Origin: Candidatus Babeliales bacterium
GTDB lineage: Bacteria; Babelota; Babeliae; Babelales; JANWKD01
Direction: 5' to 3'
NCBI GenBank assembly: GCA_963722075.1
Contig: CAVRJM010000001.1
Location: forward strand, 352,001 to 416,000
Length of the DNA stretch: 64,000 bases
Part shown: positions 1-10,223 of the stretch, one piece after another
How the letters are laid out: every line of letters starts with the position of its first letter
How positions within the stretch are numbered: position 1 is the first letter of the stretch
Notes under the pieces: model-generated
The model's database searches: none
Told to the model about the DNA's origin: nothing
The model's input: the letters and a program-made list of their open reading frames with translations, nothing else
Program-made: the position numbers and the translations under genes

Positions 1-252
1 CCAAAACGAAAACGGTCTAAAACCAGAAGAGATAAACGCTTTGCTAATAAAGGGTTAAAACCTAAGCAAATTACTAGCTGCGCTCATTGTAAATCAGCTA
101 CTGCACCGCATCAAGTATGTAAAGAATGCGGTTATTATAAAGGAAGTAAGGTTTTATCTACTAAAGTAGAGCGTGCCGTCAAACGAGCAGAATTACAACA
201 ATCAAAAGCAAAAAAGGCTAAAGAAGCTGAAAAAACTGAACCACAAGAGTAA
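1..252 (+). CDS. rpmF: 50S ribosomal protein L32 (5'-truncated by window edge), with a charged C-terminal extension
   Basis: Frame 1 reads PKRKRSKTRRDKRFAN...CAHCKSATAPHQVCKECGYYKG, stop TAA 250-252; lies directly upstream of plsX. Confidence 0.93.
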   Translation, partial: PKRKRSKTRRDKRFANKGLKPKQITSCAHCKSATAPHQVCKECGYYKGSKVLSTKVERAVKRAELQQSKAKKAKEAEKTEPQE

Positions 253-254
253 TT

Positions 255-1301
255 ATGATAGCAGTAGATGCTATGGGTGGCGATTTTGCCCCCGAAACTA
301 CGGTGCGCGGGGCATATAATGCAGCCCGTAAAAAAATAAGTATTGCCTTATATGGTCCTCAAAAAACCGTAGCGGATATTTTAACCAAAATTGACCCAAA
401 TTGGCAGCTACTTCCTATTAAAATCATTGAATGCTCTGATGCTATTGGTATGGCTGAAGAACCAACCCGCAGTATACTCAAAAAAGATTCCTCTTTAATG
501 CGGGCGCTTTATGATGTTAAACAAAAAGAGGCGCTTGCGGTTGTTTCTGCAGGAAATTCAGGAGCCGCCGTAGTAGGAAGTATCATGGCTTTTGGGCGGT
601 TAAAAGGAATCATGAGGCCTGCTCTGGGGACCTTTATTCCAACTACCCATGGGTCAGTTTTTTTAATGGATATCGGGGCAAATGTTGATTGTAAACCCGA
701 TTACTTATTGCAATTTGCCTATATGGGCCATTCCTTTATACAACAGCACAAAGGAATAAAGAATCCACGCATTGGCTTGCTTTCTAATGGGCATGAACGC
801 GGAAAAGGGTCTGCCGCTATTAAACAAGCATATTATCTGTTGGAGCATTCTTCATTGAATTTCGTTGGTAATATAGAATCGCGTGATCTCTTTAATGAAG
901 TAACTGACGTTTTAATTTGCGATGGATTTATGGGCAATATTTTATTAAAAGGAGTACAAGGTGCTGCTGCCCATTTAAAACAGTTGATAAAAAACAGTTT
1001 TAAAGAGTCCTTTATTTCCCAGTGTGCCGGTTTACTAGCAACTCCCTTTTTAAAAAAGATGCAAAAGCAAATGGATTATCGTCAAGTAGGGGGCGCTTTA
1101 TTATTAGGGGTTAATTATCCATTGATTATTGCTCATGGCTGTTCTAATGCAGTAGCATTTGAAAATGCTATTCTTTATGCGCATGATATTGTACAAACAA
1201 GGGTGGTAGAACAATTTAATCAACAATTAGTTACTTTGTTGGATCATGAAGAGGCGGTAAAAAAATCTCTTGAGCCAGCACAATCAATGGTTTTATGCTA
1301 A
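255..1301 (+). CDS. plsX: Phosphate acyltransferase PlsX
   Basis: IAVDAMGGDFAP, SAGNSGA, DIGANVD, DGFMGNILLK, GGALLLGV, AHG motifs. Confidence 0.96.
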   Translation: MIAVDAMGGDFAPETTVRGAYNAARKKISIALYGPQKTVADILTKIDPNWQLLPIKIIECSDAIGMAEEPTRSILKKDSSLMRALYDVKQKEALAVVSAGNSGAAVVGSIMAFGRLKGIMRPALGTFIPTTHGSVFLMDIGANVDCKPDYLLQFAYMGHSFIQQHKGIKNPRIGLLSNGHERGKGSAAIKQAYYLLEHSSLNFVGNIESRDLFNEVTDVLICDGFMGNILLKGVQGAAAHLKQLIKNSFKESFISQCAGLLATPFLKKMQKQMDYRQVGGALLLGVNYPLIIAHGCSNAVAFENAILYAHDIVQTRVVEQFNQQLVTLLDHEEAVKKSLEPAQSMVLC

Positions 1302-1372
1302 GGCGCGCTTGAGTGTTTTGGTGTAGTATGCTACTGTTTTCATTATTAATAAGATATTAAGCGGAGATTGAT

Positions 1373-2041
1373 ATGGTAATCCAAGATTTATTTACGGTTA
1401 AAGGTTTAACAGATTTTGTACAAAACTATACAAAAGAACTTATGATAGCAGGCTGCTGCTTGGGTGCTGGTGCAGTTGGTATTTATTTTTATCATGACCA
1501 TTATTCAAAAAAGCAAGAACAAGCACAAATAGCATTTTCTCAAACAATTGCAGAATTATTACATCCTAAAAAAGATGAGCAAACATGGGCCAATGCTACT
1601 CTTGCTGCAAAGACGGGTTATCGCACGTACAAAAATTCTTCATTGGCGCCTTATTTTTTAGCACTCGAAGCCGAGGCGCAACTACAGCAAAATAATATAA
1701 AAGAAGGGATTAATTTGTTACAGGATGCCCTTAATCAGATGGGTTCTAAATCTCCTTTTTATTATTTATTTAAAACTAAACTTGCGCGCATAAAACTTGA
1801 TGCTGAAGATCTAGCAATACAAACAGAAGGTTTTAATGAGCTCAAAGCATTAGCTGAAGATACCGCTAATAAGCAACGCGATGAAGCGTTGTATTATTTG
1901 GGGGAATATTATGCATCGCATGATGATGCTGCAAATGCACATGAGGCATGGCAAAAATTAATTAATGAATTTGCGGTGATACAGGATTCTACCATGTCTC
2001 CGTGGGCAGCATTAATAATTAATAAAGCTCAGCAAAAATAG
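1373..2041 (+). CDS. Membrane-anchored TPR-like protein (YfgM-like)
   Basis: Single N-terminal TM segment followed by helical TPR-like repeats (ALYYLGEYY...A.EAWQKL). Confidence 0.65.
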   Translation: MVIQDLFTVKGLTDFVQNYTKELMIAGCCLGAGAVGIYFYHDHYSKKQEQAQIAFSQTIAELLHPKKDEQTWANATLAAKTGYRTYKNSSLAPYFLALEAEAQLQQNNIKEGINLLQDALNQMGSKSPFYYLFKTKLARIKLDAEDLAIQTEGFNELKALAEDTANKQRDEALYYLGEYYASHDDAANAHEAWQKLINEFAVIQDSTMSPWAALIINKAQQK

Positions 2042-2073
2042 TTAATCGCTTGTCAAAGGAAATAGCAGGCATC

Positions 2074-3483
2074 ATGAATACAAGCAAAAACCACCATGTT
2101 CGCGTTCGCTTTGCTCCTTCGCCAACCGGGCATTTACATATCGGCGGATTACGAACGACCTTATTTAATTGGCTTTTTGCACGTCATAATAAAGGGGCAT
2201 TTCTCTTACGCATAGAAGATACCGATTTAGAACGATCAAAGCCGGAATTTGTGTATTCAATTCTAGAAGCGTTGGACTGGTGTGCCATCTCTAGTGATGA
2301 AACAGTGCATATTCAAAGTCATTCCATAGAAATTCATAAAAAGCTTATTCAAAAATTGCTCGATGAAGGGAAAGCATATCGTTGTTACTGCCCGCCAAGC
2401 ACCGATATTGAAAATATGGATTATTACCGATATGGTTCTTTTTGTAGAATGCGTGAGCAGGTAACGGTAGATCAGCCATTTGTAGTGCGCATAAAATTAC
2501 CGACTGATAAAACACATATTGAATTTAGTGATCTTATTTATGGACCGATTTCTTTTGCGCTTGATCAATTTGATGATTTTATTATAGCGCGATCGGATGG
2601 TACCCCTGTTTATAATTTTGTGGTAGTTGCTGACGATGCCGCTATGAAAATTACGCATGTAATTCGTGGTGAGGAGCATTTGCAAAATACACCAAAACAA
2701 ATTCTATTATATCAAGCACTGGGATATGATATACCTGCGTTTGCACATTTACCCTTAATTTTAGGTCCCAGTGGTTCTAAATTAAGTAAGCGGGATGGCG
2801 CAACGGCGGTGGTTGATTATAAGAAGAATGGTTATTTAGCGGCAGCCTTATGTAATTATTTGGTGCGATTAGGATGGTCTCATGGCGATCAAGAGGTTTT
2901 TGCTGTAGATGAATTAATTACTTATTTTAGCCTTGATGGGGTAAATAAAAAAGCGGCAATTTTTGATCATAAAAAATTGGATTGGCTAAATGGTGTTTAT
3001 TTACGAAAAACGGATAATCAAGAAATAATTAATCTTATTCAGCGTGATGTGGATCATGCTTTCTGTGCGGATTTATCACAATGGAGCCATAACCAATTAA
3101 TAGGATTTATTGGTCTTTATAAAGAGCGCTGTGTAACCTTACTAGAGTTGAGTAATAAAATTCGCTCATTGTACTTTCATGATCAAGAAATACCAGCCGG
3201 GGAATTAGAAGCATGGCTTAAAGAAGATACGGTACATTTTTTACAACAATGTATTGAATATTTTCAAACGATGCCTGAATACAATGCAGAACAGATTAAA
3301 CAGTTTTTTAAGACATTTAGTAAAACAGAAAATGTGCCTTTAGTGGAATTAGCACAACCGGCCAGACTTGCATTAACAGCTACGGTAGCAAGCCCTGGCG
3401 TATTTGAACTTATGGCTTTATTGGGAAAAGATGAAACAGTCAGTCGGTTGAGAAGATTCATTACATTAATAGAAAAAAGGTAA
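2074..3483 (+). CDS. gltX: Glutamate--tRNA ligase
   Basis: VRVRFAPSPTGHLHIGG, RIEDTD, THVIRGEEH, KLSKR; ATG at 2074 preferred over TTG at 2050. Confidence 0.96.
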   Translation: MNTSKNHHVRVRFAPSPTGHLHIGGLRTTLFNWLFARHNKGAFLLRIEDTDLERSKPEFVYSILEALDWCAISSDETVHIQSHSIEIHKKLIQKLLDEGKAYRCYCPPSTDIENMDYYRYGSFCRMREQVTVDQPFVVRIKLPTDKTHIEFSDLIYGPISFALDQFDDFIIARSDGTPVYNFVVVADDAAMKITHVIRGEEHLQNTPKQILLYQALGYDIPAFAHLPLILGPSGSKLSKRDGATAVVDYKKNGYLAAALCNYLVRLGWSHGDQEVFAVDELITYFSLDGVNKKAAIFDHKKLDWLNGVYLRKTDNQEIINLIQRDVDHAFCADLSQWSHNQLIGFIGLYKERCVTLLELSNKIRSLYFHDQEIPAGELEAWLKEDTVHFLQQCIEYFQTMPEYNAEQIKQFFKTFSKTENVPLVELAQPARLALTATVASPGVFELMALLGKDETVSRLRRFITLIEKR

Positions 3484-3486
3484 ACG

Positions 3487-4407
3487 ATGAAAATTGGTAT
3501 GCTTTTTCCAGATTATGGAAGCCAATTTGTAGGCATGGGTAAAGAATTGTATGATAATTCGCGTCTTATACAAGAATATTTTGAAGAGGCTTTCAATTGC
3601 TTAAATATCAATTTTGTTAAGCTCTGTTTTGCTTCTTCTGATGCTGAGCTTGCTAAGTCAGAGAATGCGTATGTATCAATTTTTTTAATCAGTGTTGCTA
3701 CGGCGGCATTACTTAAGCAAGAAGAAATTATTCCTGCTTCAGTTGCTGGGTATGGCATAGGTGAATTAAGTGCCACCTGTATAGCGCAAGGGTTAAGTTT
3801 TCCCGATGGCCTTTATTTTCTTAATAAATTTGCTCAGTTTTATCACGAATTATTGCAATCCTGTTCTGTTTCATTGCTAAAAATAGAAGGTGTTACTACA
3901 AAAACAGTTATGCAGCTTTTAAAAGAACAAAATGATAGTTCCCTTTCTATTGCTGTATATGAAACTGATGATCAGCATATAGTAGGGGGTAATAAGAATG
4001 CGATTGAGGCGCTTAAAAAACAGTGTGCAGAACAAAAAATAACAACGCGTGATATTTCGATTGAAAAAGGATTGCATAGTAATCTTATGGATCCGGTGGT
4101 TAATCAATTAGTAATGTATTTGCAAAAGATCGATTTTAAAAATGTATCGATCCCACTTATTGCAAGTGTTGATGGCTCAATTATATTAAAAAAAGAGTTG
4201 GTTAAAAGACGGATAATCAAACAATTACATGCACCTATTTATTGGAATAAAGTTTTACCGCATATATACGATTGGGATATTATAATTGAGGTTGGTCCAG
4301 GAACAACATTAACCAAGATTGTTCAACAAAAATATCCAGAAAAAAAAGTCTTTTCTATAAATAAAATGTCGGATATTGAAGAACTCAAAAATGTTGTTAG
4401 TAAATAA
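3487..4407 (+). CDS. fabD: FabD-like malonyl-CoA:ACP transacylase homolog with degenerate active site
   Basis: FPDYGSQFVGMG, GLHSNLM, EVGPG match FabD; the GHSxG motif is replaced by GYGIG; adjacent to acpP. Confidence 0.85.
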   Translation: MKIGMLFPDYGSQFVGMGKELYDNSRLIQEYFEEAFNCLNINFVKLCFASSDAELAKSENAYVSIFLISVATAALLKQEEIIPASVAGYGIGELSATCIAQGLSFPDGLYFLNKFAQFYHELLQSCSVSLLKIEGVTTKTVMQLLKEQNDSSLSIAVYETDDQHIVGGNKNAIEALKKQCAEQKITTRDISIEKGLHSNLMDPVVNQLVMYLQKIDFKNVSIPLIASVDGSIILKKELVKRRIIKQLHAPIYWNKVLPHIYDWDIIIEVGPGTTLTKIVQQKYPEKKVFSINKMSDIEELKNVVSK

Positions 4408-4422
4408 AATTAGGAATTTATT

Positions 4423-4674
4423 ATGACACACTATGATTCACCAGATACTTTTGCAAAAGTAGTGGCTATAGTAGCCGCTATTATTAAAATAGATCCAAGT
4501 ACTATTACTGCTGATTCAACGTTTGATTCTTTGGGTGCCGATTCACTCGATATGCTAGAAATTATTATGAAATTAGAAGAAACGTTTGGCATAGAAATTA
4601 GCGACGAACAAGCAGAGCAGATCAAAACGGTAGGGCAAGCTGTTGAGGCAATTCAAAAAATTCGTACTAAATAA
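4423..4674 (+). CDS. acpP: Acyl carrier protein
   Basis: LGADSLDMLEIIMKLEETFGIEISDEQAEQIKTV. Confidence 0.96.
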   Translation: MTHYDSPDTFAKVVAIVAAIIKIDPSTITADSTFDSLGADSLDMLEIIMKLEETFGIEISDEQAEQIKTVGQAVEAIQKIRTK

Positions 4675-5467
4675 GAACTTGATTAGCAACGTTATGAGAT
4701 AATTCTTGAGCTATTGAAAACCGTAATGAGTTTTTTGGATGTGTTATACCGCTATTTTCACGTTTTTTCATTAATAATTGCATAAATTCTACATATCCCT
4801 GCGCATATTCTTTGTTTTTTATAGAAGATTTAACGTCAGCTCGTATTTCTTGAAAACGGGAGAGTTTATTAACGGGGTGTTCTTTAGGAAGTGATCCTAA
4901 TGCTTTTCTAAAAAAACGCTTAATAACATAATTTGTGGAGCAATCTTTATGTATATAATGCTGAACCTCATGGCCTATAATAAATTTTTGTGCTTGGGGT
5001 GATAATTTGTTAAATGCTCTCTCATTAATGAATAAAAAAGAATCAGTTGCAGAAGCTACCGAACTATCCTTCCAAGAAACAAGAGGAATATAAGAAAGAT
5101 TAAAATCGGCCAAAATGGAAGCCACCCGTTGCTGGGTAGCTGTTGAAAGTGGATGTTTATTAAGCTCAGAATGGCGTACTTTTTGTTCCCCATTTTTATA
5201 ATTCTCATACCATTGTGCTTTTAATTGAGAACATTCTTGTTGCGATAAACGTATTTGGGAAGAAAGCTCATGCCAAATCTTTTTTTCTTCAGTTTCCAAC
5301 CAATTATTATATGATTCTGCTACCGTTTTTTTAGGATCTATGGGAATAGATAAAAAAGAAGGGGTAGGCTGTTTAATACGATATTTGTATTGATACAAAG
5401 TGAATACAACTGACGTTGAAACAATAAAAACTGAAATAAGTAGGGAAATTATATATTTTTTATTCAT
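4667..5467 (-). CDS. Membrane-anchored HEXXH metallopeptidase (M48-like), paralog 1 of 3
   Basis: N-terminal TM; FIIGHEVQH, QEIRAD, THP..SLR; similar to 44335..45135 and 46586..47422. Confidence 0.75.
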   Translation of the reverse strand: MNKKYIISLLISVFIVSTSVVFTLYQYKYRIKQPTPSFLSIPIDPKKTVAESYNNWLETEEKKIWHELSSQIRLSQQECSQLKAQWYENYKNGEQKVRHSELNKHPLSTATQQRVASILADFNLSYIPLVSWKDSSVASATDSFLFINERAFNKLSPQAQKFIIGHEVQHYIHKDCSTNYVIKRFFRKALGSLPKEHPVNKLSRFQEIRADVKSSIKNKEYAQGYVEFMQLLMKKRENSGITHPKNSLRFSIAQELSHNVANQVLI

Positions 5468-5561
5468 AAACCACCATTTTATTGAACTAATATTTAGCGT
5501 ATAGGTTTATAAATTGAAAATCAAACGGTTTTATCTGTTTATTTAAAATTCAAATAGAAAT

Positions 5562-5783
5562 TTAATTACAGTAATGATATCCATAGGTTTTTGGGTAATA
5601 ATTAATTGATGGTGCATAACAGTCGTTATAACAACGGCATCGATTATATAAACATCGTCGATAATCGCCGCGGCTACAATTTCTATTATACCAGCCGCAA
5701 TAAGAACGATTATTCCATGCGTTGCTGGTAAGCGTGATGAAACTGATAATAAAAAATAAGAATAGTGATTGGATTTTATTCAT
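5562..5783 (-). CDS. Small secreted Cys/Tyr/Arg-rich protein
   Basis: Signal peptide ending SNA|W, 7 Cys in about 50 mature residues, GGAG RBS upstream. Confidence 0.7.
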   Translation of the reverse strand: MNKIQSLFLFFIISFITLTSNAWNNRSYCGWYNRNCSRGDYRRCLYNRCRCYNDCYAPSINYYPKTYGYHYCN

Positions 5784-5800
5784 AGGACTCCATTTTAAAT

Positions 5801-5846
5801 AAAAAAAAGAAGGACAACTTTATACAAAACTGTCCTTCTCTTTTTT
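5801..5846 (-). terminator. Intrinsic terminator after 5867..6193
   Basis: AGAAGGACA...TGTCCTTCT inverted repeat flanked by A and T runs. Confidence 0.7.
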
Positions 5847-5866
5847 CAGATACTTAAAGTGTAAAC

Positions 5867-6193
5867 TTAGTAAGCACCTTCCATACCAGGGTTGGCTACG
5901 CAACCAGTTGGACATTCCCATGAGTATTCAACGTGTTTAACTAAGTTAGCAGGAACTTGAACTGCAGTTAAGCAACATGGAGCTGGACCACATGGTTTTT
6001 CTTCAACACGGGTTACAGCAACTGGAACGTCGTTGCAACGTGGTGCACAACGAGTTTCACAACGAGGTTCGCAAGAACTGTATCCACAGCCTCTAGAACC
6101 ACAATATCCGCCTCTTCTGGGCCATGCAGAAGCATCAGTTACTACTGCCAAGCCAAGGAAGGCTAAAAGTGTAGCTAATAATACCTTTTTCAT
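5867..6193 (-). CDS. Small secreted Cys-rich protein
   Basis: Signal peptide ending ASA|W; 11 Cys including CEPR-CETR-CAPR-C; AAGGAG RBS. Confidence 0.8.
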   Translation of the reverse strand: MKKVLLATLLAFLGLAVVTDASAWPRRGGYCGSRGCGYSSCEPRCETRCAPRCNDVPVAVTRVEEKPCGPAPCCLTAVQVPANLVKHVEYSWECPTGCVANPGMEGAY

Positions 6194-6467
6194 AAGGTCT
6201 CCTTTATTATAAAGGTTGGTTAAAACATATATTCTTATAAAGACCGTTCTTTATAGTTATTTTCAGTATCCCACAAATAGAAATTAAAAATCAATGATTT
6301 TTTCTAAATAATTTAAAATAGATATTTTTTTATTGAATGGCTTTACCTATGGAACAGGTATAATTTACTGAAGATAAGGGTATTTATTGATAGGTTAATA
6401 AATACTAGGTATATGGTGTTTTCTGGTTAAATAATATGCTCTATAGACATAGTATGCTTCGAAAGCC

Positions 6468-6508
6468 GTCGTTGCGATCCAGCCTTCGCCCAAGGGGCTT
6501 CGGCGGAC
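6468..6508. repeat. Family A end fragment (GTCGTTGCGA) plus a single family B hairpin
   Basis: TCCAGCCTTCGCCCAAGGGGCTTCGGCGGAC abuts the stop codon of 6508..8016. Confidence 0.75.
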
Positions 6509-8016
6509 TAAAACGAAGTTCCGACCTTTGCCCATACATGGCCCATTTTAAATGATCTATTAGTGCCAGAAAATTCAATACCACCACCAAGACCAACAAA
6601 TGGTTGGCTCCAGCACCAATCCCATAAATAGCCGATATGAACAAAGAACCCATGAGAGAATGCGCCTGGATGTGCCGCAGATTCAAAATTAAGGTCACTA
6701 TTAGAAATGAATACCGGGGATGCATCAAGAATAGAAGCATTTGTACCATCAATTTGAGTTAAACTGGCTGTTGTATTGGTGCCAGCACCAGCAGTACCAC
6801 TTAATCCAGCAATACCAAAGGTATTCGCAGGAATTTGGCCAATTACATCAATATGGTCTCGCGTGCGGCCCCATAAATTGTAGCCAGCATCAAGGATGAA
6901 ATTGCAACGTAAATATTCAAGCATAAAAACAAGATCACCATGAGCTCTATTTTTAGTCTTAATTGGCAAGGTTAAAATATTCGGGCCACGAACAATTTCT
7001 CCAGCGTACGCGCCAGCATTAAATCGTTTAAATAATAGATATCTGCTGCCGATACCATTGTTTTTAAGATCAAAAGTTCGCATTTGTCTTGATTTGAGCA
7101 TGGTATAGATATTGCCATTAATGAATCCGGTTAAAAACTCATCACAACCATTTTCCCATAATAAGAAATTACCTAATATTCCTGCTCCCACCTCAAAATA
7201 ATGCCCATTACCCACAATAGGTTCAAAAAAGAAAACGCCATTTGGTCGATTGCCGGTGGGTATAATAGTGCGTACATTAACGCTAAAATAATTACATTCA
7301 TCGTTAAGAAATATACAACCTAAAGCACATTCAAAATCAGCAAAAGATGATTTTTTTCGTTTACCATCTACCCGAGCAAATTGGAGTGGTTGCTTTACAT
7401 CAAAAAAGGTTGCTTGGCCGTCCCATGCAGTTATCATAGAATTAAATGGTGCAGGGGTATCAGTAGGATTTCCTAATTCATTTGCTAGAATTGCCGTTCC
7501 AGAAGTGCTGACTGTTTCTTTAAAATCGATTGACCATTGAGTGCGTGCATAAGGAAGATGCGCGGCCAGGTAAAACGTATAACATCCAATATCAAAACCG
7601 TAGAACCCATTAATATCTATGAGTTCATTTTGTACTGAGGGGCGTGCAGTGATGCCACTATTAAAATTATCGTTTACCAAGAAATTCTGTCCAAAAATAT
7701 CAATGCCAGGGCCTGCTGCCGTTCCTGTTTGCATGGTGTCAGTATTATTAAAGAAAAGATATTTACCAATATCATGTTTATTAAATGATTTTGAATACTC
7801 GGCGGTGCTCCAGAGTACGCCATTTGAACAATCGTCATAGCCCCAGGTAATTAAGTAACCTACACCAGCACTCTCACGTGCTTTGTTTGAACCAATAGAA
7901 CGTCCATGAAAAAAGGTACGGCCAAACACATCGCGATTATCGTTAAACTGATTATCGGCAACAAGATAAATAGGAATGAAGAGAGTGACGAAAATAATGG
8001 TACGTAGATACTTCAT
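6508..8016 (-). CDS. Putative outer-membrane beta-barrel protein, paralog 1
   Basis: Signal peptide, alternating aromatic/Gly strands, C-terminal VWAKVGTSF (BamA-type beta signal); homologous to 11178..12758 over its length. Confidence 0.7.
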   Translation of the reverse strand: MKYLRTIIFVTLFIPIYLVADNQFNDNRDVFGRTFFHGRSIGSNKARESAGVGYLITWGYDDCSNGVLWSTAEYSKSFNKHDIGKYLFFNNTDTMQTGTAAGPGIDIFGQNFLVNDNFNSGITARPSVQNELIDINGFYGFDIGCYTFYLAAHLPYARTQWSIDFKETVSTSGTAILANELGNPTDTPAPFNSMITAWDGQATFFDVKQPLQFARVDGKRKKSSFADFECALGCIFLNDECNYFSVNVRTIIPTGNRPNGVFFFEPIVGNGHYFEVGAGILGNFLLWENGCDEFLTGFINGNIYTMLKSRQMRTFDLKNNGIGSRYLLFKRFNAGAYAGEIVRGPNILTLPIKTKNRAHGDLVFMLEYLRCNFILDAGYNLWGRTRDHIDVIGQIPANTFGIAGLSGTAGAGTNTTASLTQIDGTNASILDASPVFISNSDLNFESAAHPGAFSHGFFVHIGYLWDWCWSQPFVGLGGGIEFSGTNRSFKMGHVWAKVGTSF

Positions 8017-8230
8017 ACAGGCCTCTTTTTTACAAGGAAATTTTTATGATGGTTTTAAGGTAATATTTTTTTTGAAATCAATCAATTAATTCTTTTATAG
8101 AAAAATATGCCTATAGATTAGTGTTTTATAAAAATAAAATATTTTCAGGGTGAATAAAAACCATTGAAAAACGGCCTTTAACTGGAGTATTCTAATAATA
8201 TAGTCAGATTAAAGACTATAAAAAGGGGAA

Positions 8231-9307
8231 ATGGTAATGAAGCTAAAAAAAATACTTTTTATGCTATTATGCAGTACTGCAGGGTTATCTTATGCACAAT
8301 GTGATAAAAAAACGTTTGACCAATTACTTGCTAGAATTAAAACGGGTTATATTTATGATTTATATGGGTTTATCGATACAGCAAAAGTACGTACCTTTGC
8401 TGAAGATAACCCCTTTAAATCGATTCCCTCAGTGGCACAATTAAATAGCTGGAATTCATTAATATCATGCACTCATAAATATATCACTGAGCAAATTGCA
8501 TTAAAAAAGGCGCCAACTATCTATAAAACGTATCTTAAAGAATTGGAATCAACCACTAAAGATATTCTTGCACTCATTAAGTTATTAAATGCTCTTTATA
8601 GTAAAAATGTTATTGTCAGCCAAAATATTAAACTTAAAACAGTTGAATCATATCGGCCATTATCAGCAGCAGATAAAAAAGAACTTGAACTTCTAATAAA
8701 AAAAATAGATTCATATAAAAATATAATAAATTCAATCTTTATTTTATCGCTGGAAGAAATAGTGACGGCAGCTGGTTACCCTGCTGCATGGAAAAATGAA
8801 GTTTCCTCTTCTTTAGATGAAATTTTTAATGATTTTCCTTATTTTTTCGATACGTATCAAGAGGCAAAAAAGAAATTTAAAAATATGAGCCCGGAAGAAT
8901 TAGTTTATTTTTTACGTATTTCAAATTTGATAAAAGCACCCTATAAAGAAAATCAAAGAGAATATGAATTTGAGTTACAGAAATTAGCAACCGCACTTTT
9001 TAATAAATTAGAAAAATTTGATTACCGCGTTTCTGATGAGGCTAAAAAGATTCAAGAGCGTATAGATAATGCTTGGATTGCCAGTAGAGAAGACAAACAA
9101 CGATTGGCGTATTTGAAAAAGCTTAGTGCCGACACTCATGAAATTATGAACGCATTATTGCTCGTGTTCCCATTATCTCCGCGCTATATGGATATGTTAG
9201 CACGCACAAAAGATGCTACTTCATTGCTTATTTTTGCCGAATCAGCGGCATTAACTTCAGAACTGCAAGCTTTAAAAAGAAATGCTTTATTATTAAAAGG
9301 AAAATAG
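8231..9307 (+). CDS. Secreted helical protein, tandem paralog 1 of 3
   Basis: Signal peptide; shared xCD, W....C, P..W...V, LLI.AE motifs. Confidence 0.75.
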   Translation: MVMKLKKILFMLLCSTAGLSYAQCDKKTFDQLLARIKTGYIYDLYGFIDTAKVRTFAEDNPFKSIPSVAQLNSWNSLISCTHKYITEQIALKKAPTIYKTYLKELESTTKDILALIKLLNALYSKNVIVSQNIKLKTVESYRPLSAADKKELELLIKKIDSYKNIINSIFILSLEEIVTAAGYPAAWKNEVSSSLDEIFNDFPYFFDTYQEAKKKFKNMSPEELVYFLRISNLIKAPYKENQREYEFELQKLATALFNKLEKFDYRVSDEAKKIQERIDNAWIASREDKQRLAYLKKLSADTHEIMNALLLVFPLSPRYMDMLARTKDATSLLIFAESAALTSELQALKRNALLLKGK

Positions 9308-9309
9308 TT

Positions 9310-10206
9310 ATGAAATTAAAAATATATAATACACTTTTTTTACTAACAGCCATGAGCTGTAATTCGCTCTTAAATGCTACCTGCGATGAGGTGACTAAAA
9401 AAATGGTGATTACTGATATCCAAAAGCCGCAAACAGTATATCACAAAATTCAAAATCCTCTTAGTGGTGATTTAAAAAATCCAAAATTATTAGATGCATT
9501 TAAAGCATGGATCAATTACACCGATTGCGCAGAATCACTCATTAATAATCCTGCATATGCTGACATGAAAGTGGCAGTACAGCAAGCTAAATTATATGCT
9601 TTGGGATCAATTATCAAATTACAAACGAATCGTACCAATGCCATAGATCTTGAAAATATTAAACAATTAATAAAAGTAATGGATTTGTTATTTATTACGG
9701 CCTTGCGTGAAATTCATCGAGAAGTACCGACCCCTTCTTCTTGGAAAAAAGATGTTTTAGCTTCAACACTTGAAGATTTCTTTGTTGGGCATGAACAGTT
9801 TTTTAAAAATTATGAAGCTACAAAAAAACAATTTGCACAATATAAAGGCGTTTTTGACACACAGCGAATAGTAGATTTTGTACGAAATCAGCATTTTATC
9901 AAAAAAGGTCCACAGGAACAAAATAGTATTAATTTTCTTGTTGATGCATTAGAAAAAACAATAATTAAGTTAGAAGAGAATAGTAAAAAAGCGTGGTTTG
10001 GCAAAGGGGATATGCAACGAAAAATTGGGGATAGCAAAGAAATAATTGCGGCCTTAATTAAACAATATCCATTTACTGAGACCTCACAGATGTATCAAAA
10101 AATATCATTTTCCCAAAATATAGCATTGTTAATTTTACTTGCTGAAGCAGGTTCTTTATTAGGAATTTTAAAACGAATTGAAAACTATCTAGAAAAAAAT
10201 AAATAA
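9310..10206 (+). CDS. Secreted helical protein, tandem paralog 2 of 3
   Basis: ATCDE, AWINYTDCA, TPSSWKKDVLA, LLILLAE. Confidence 0.75.
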   Translation: MKLKIYNTLFLLTAMSCNSLLNATCDEVTKKMVITDIQKPQTVYHKIQNPLSGDLKNPKLLDAFKAWINYTDCAESLINNPAYADMKVAVQQAKLYALGSIIKLQTNRTNAIDLENIKQLIKVMDLLFITALREIHREVPTPSSWKKDVLASTLEDFFVGHEQFFKNYEATKKQFAQYKGVFDTQRIVDFVRNQHFIKKGPQEQNSINFLVDALEKTIIKLEENSKKAWFGKGDMQRKIGDSKEIIAALIKQYPFTETSQMYQKISFSQNIALLILLAEAGSLLGILKRIENYLEKNK

Positions 10207-10223
10207 TAATTAAAGGAGAGAGA

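Noticed and set aside
1308..1314. CTTGAGT HAIR half-site upstream of the TPR gene
   Set aside because: No matching ACTCAAG half; more likely part of a -35 region.
6441..6752. 103 aa ORF overlapping the barrel gene in another frame
   Set aside because: Shadow frame ending in a repeat; no independent coding evidence.
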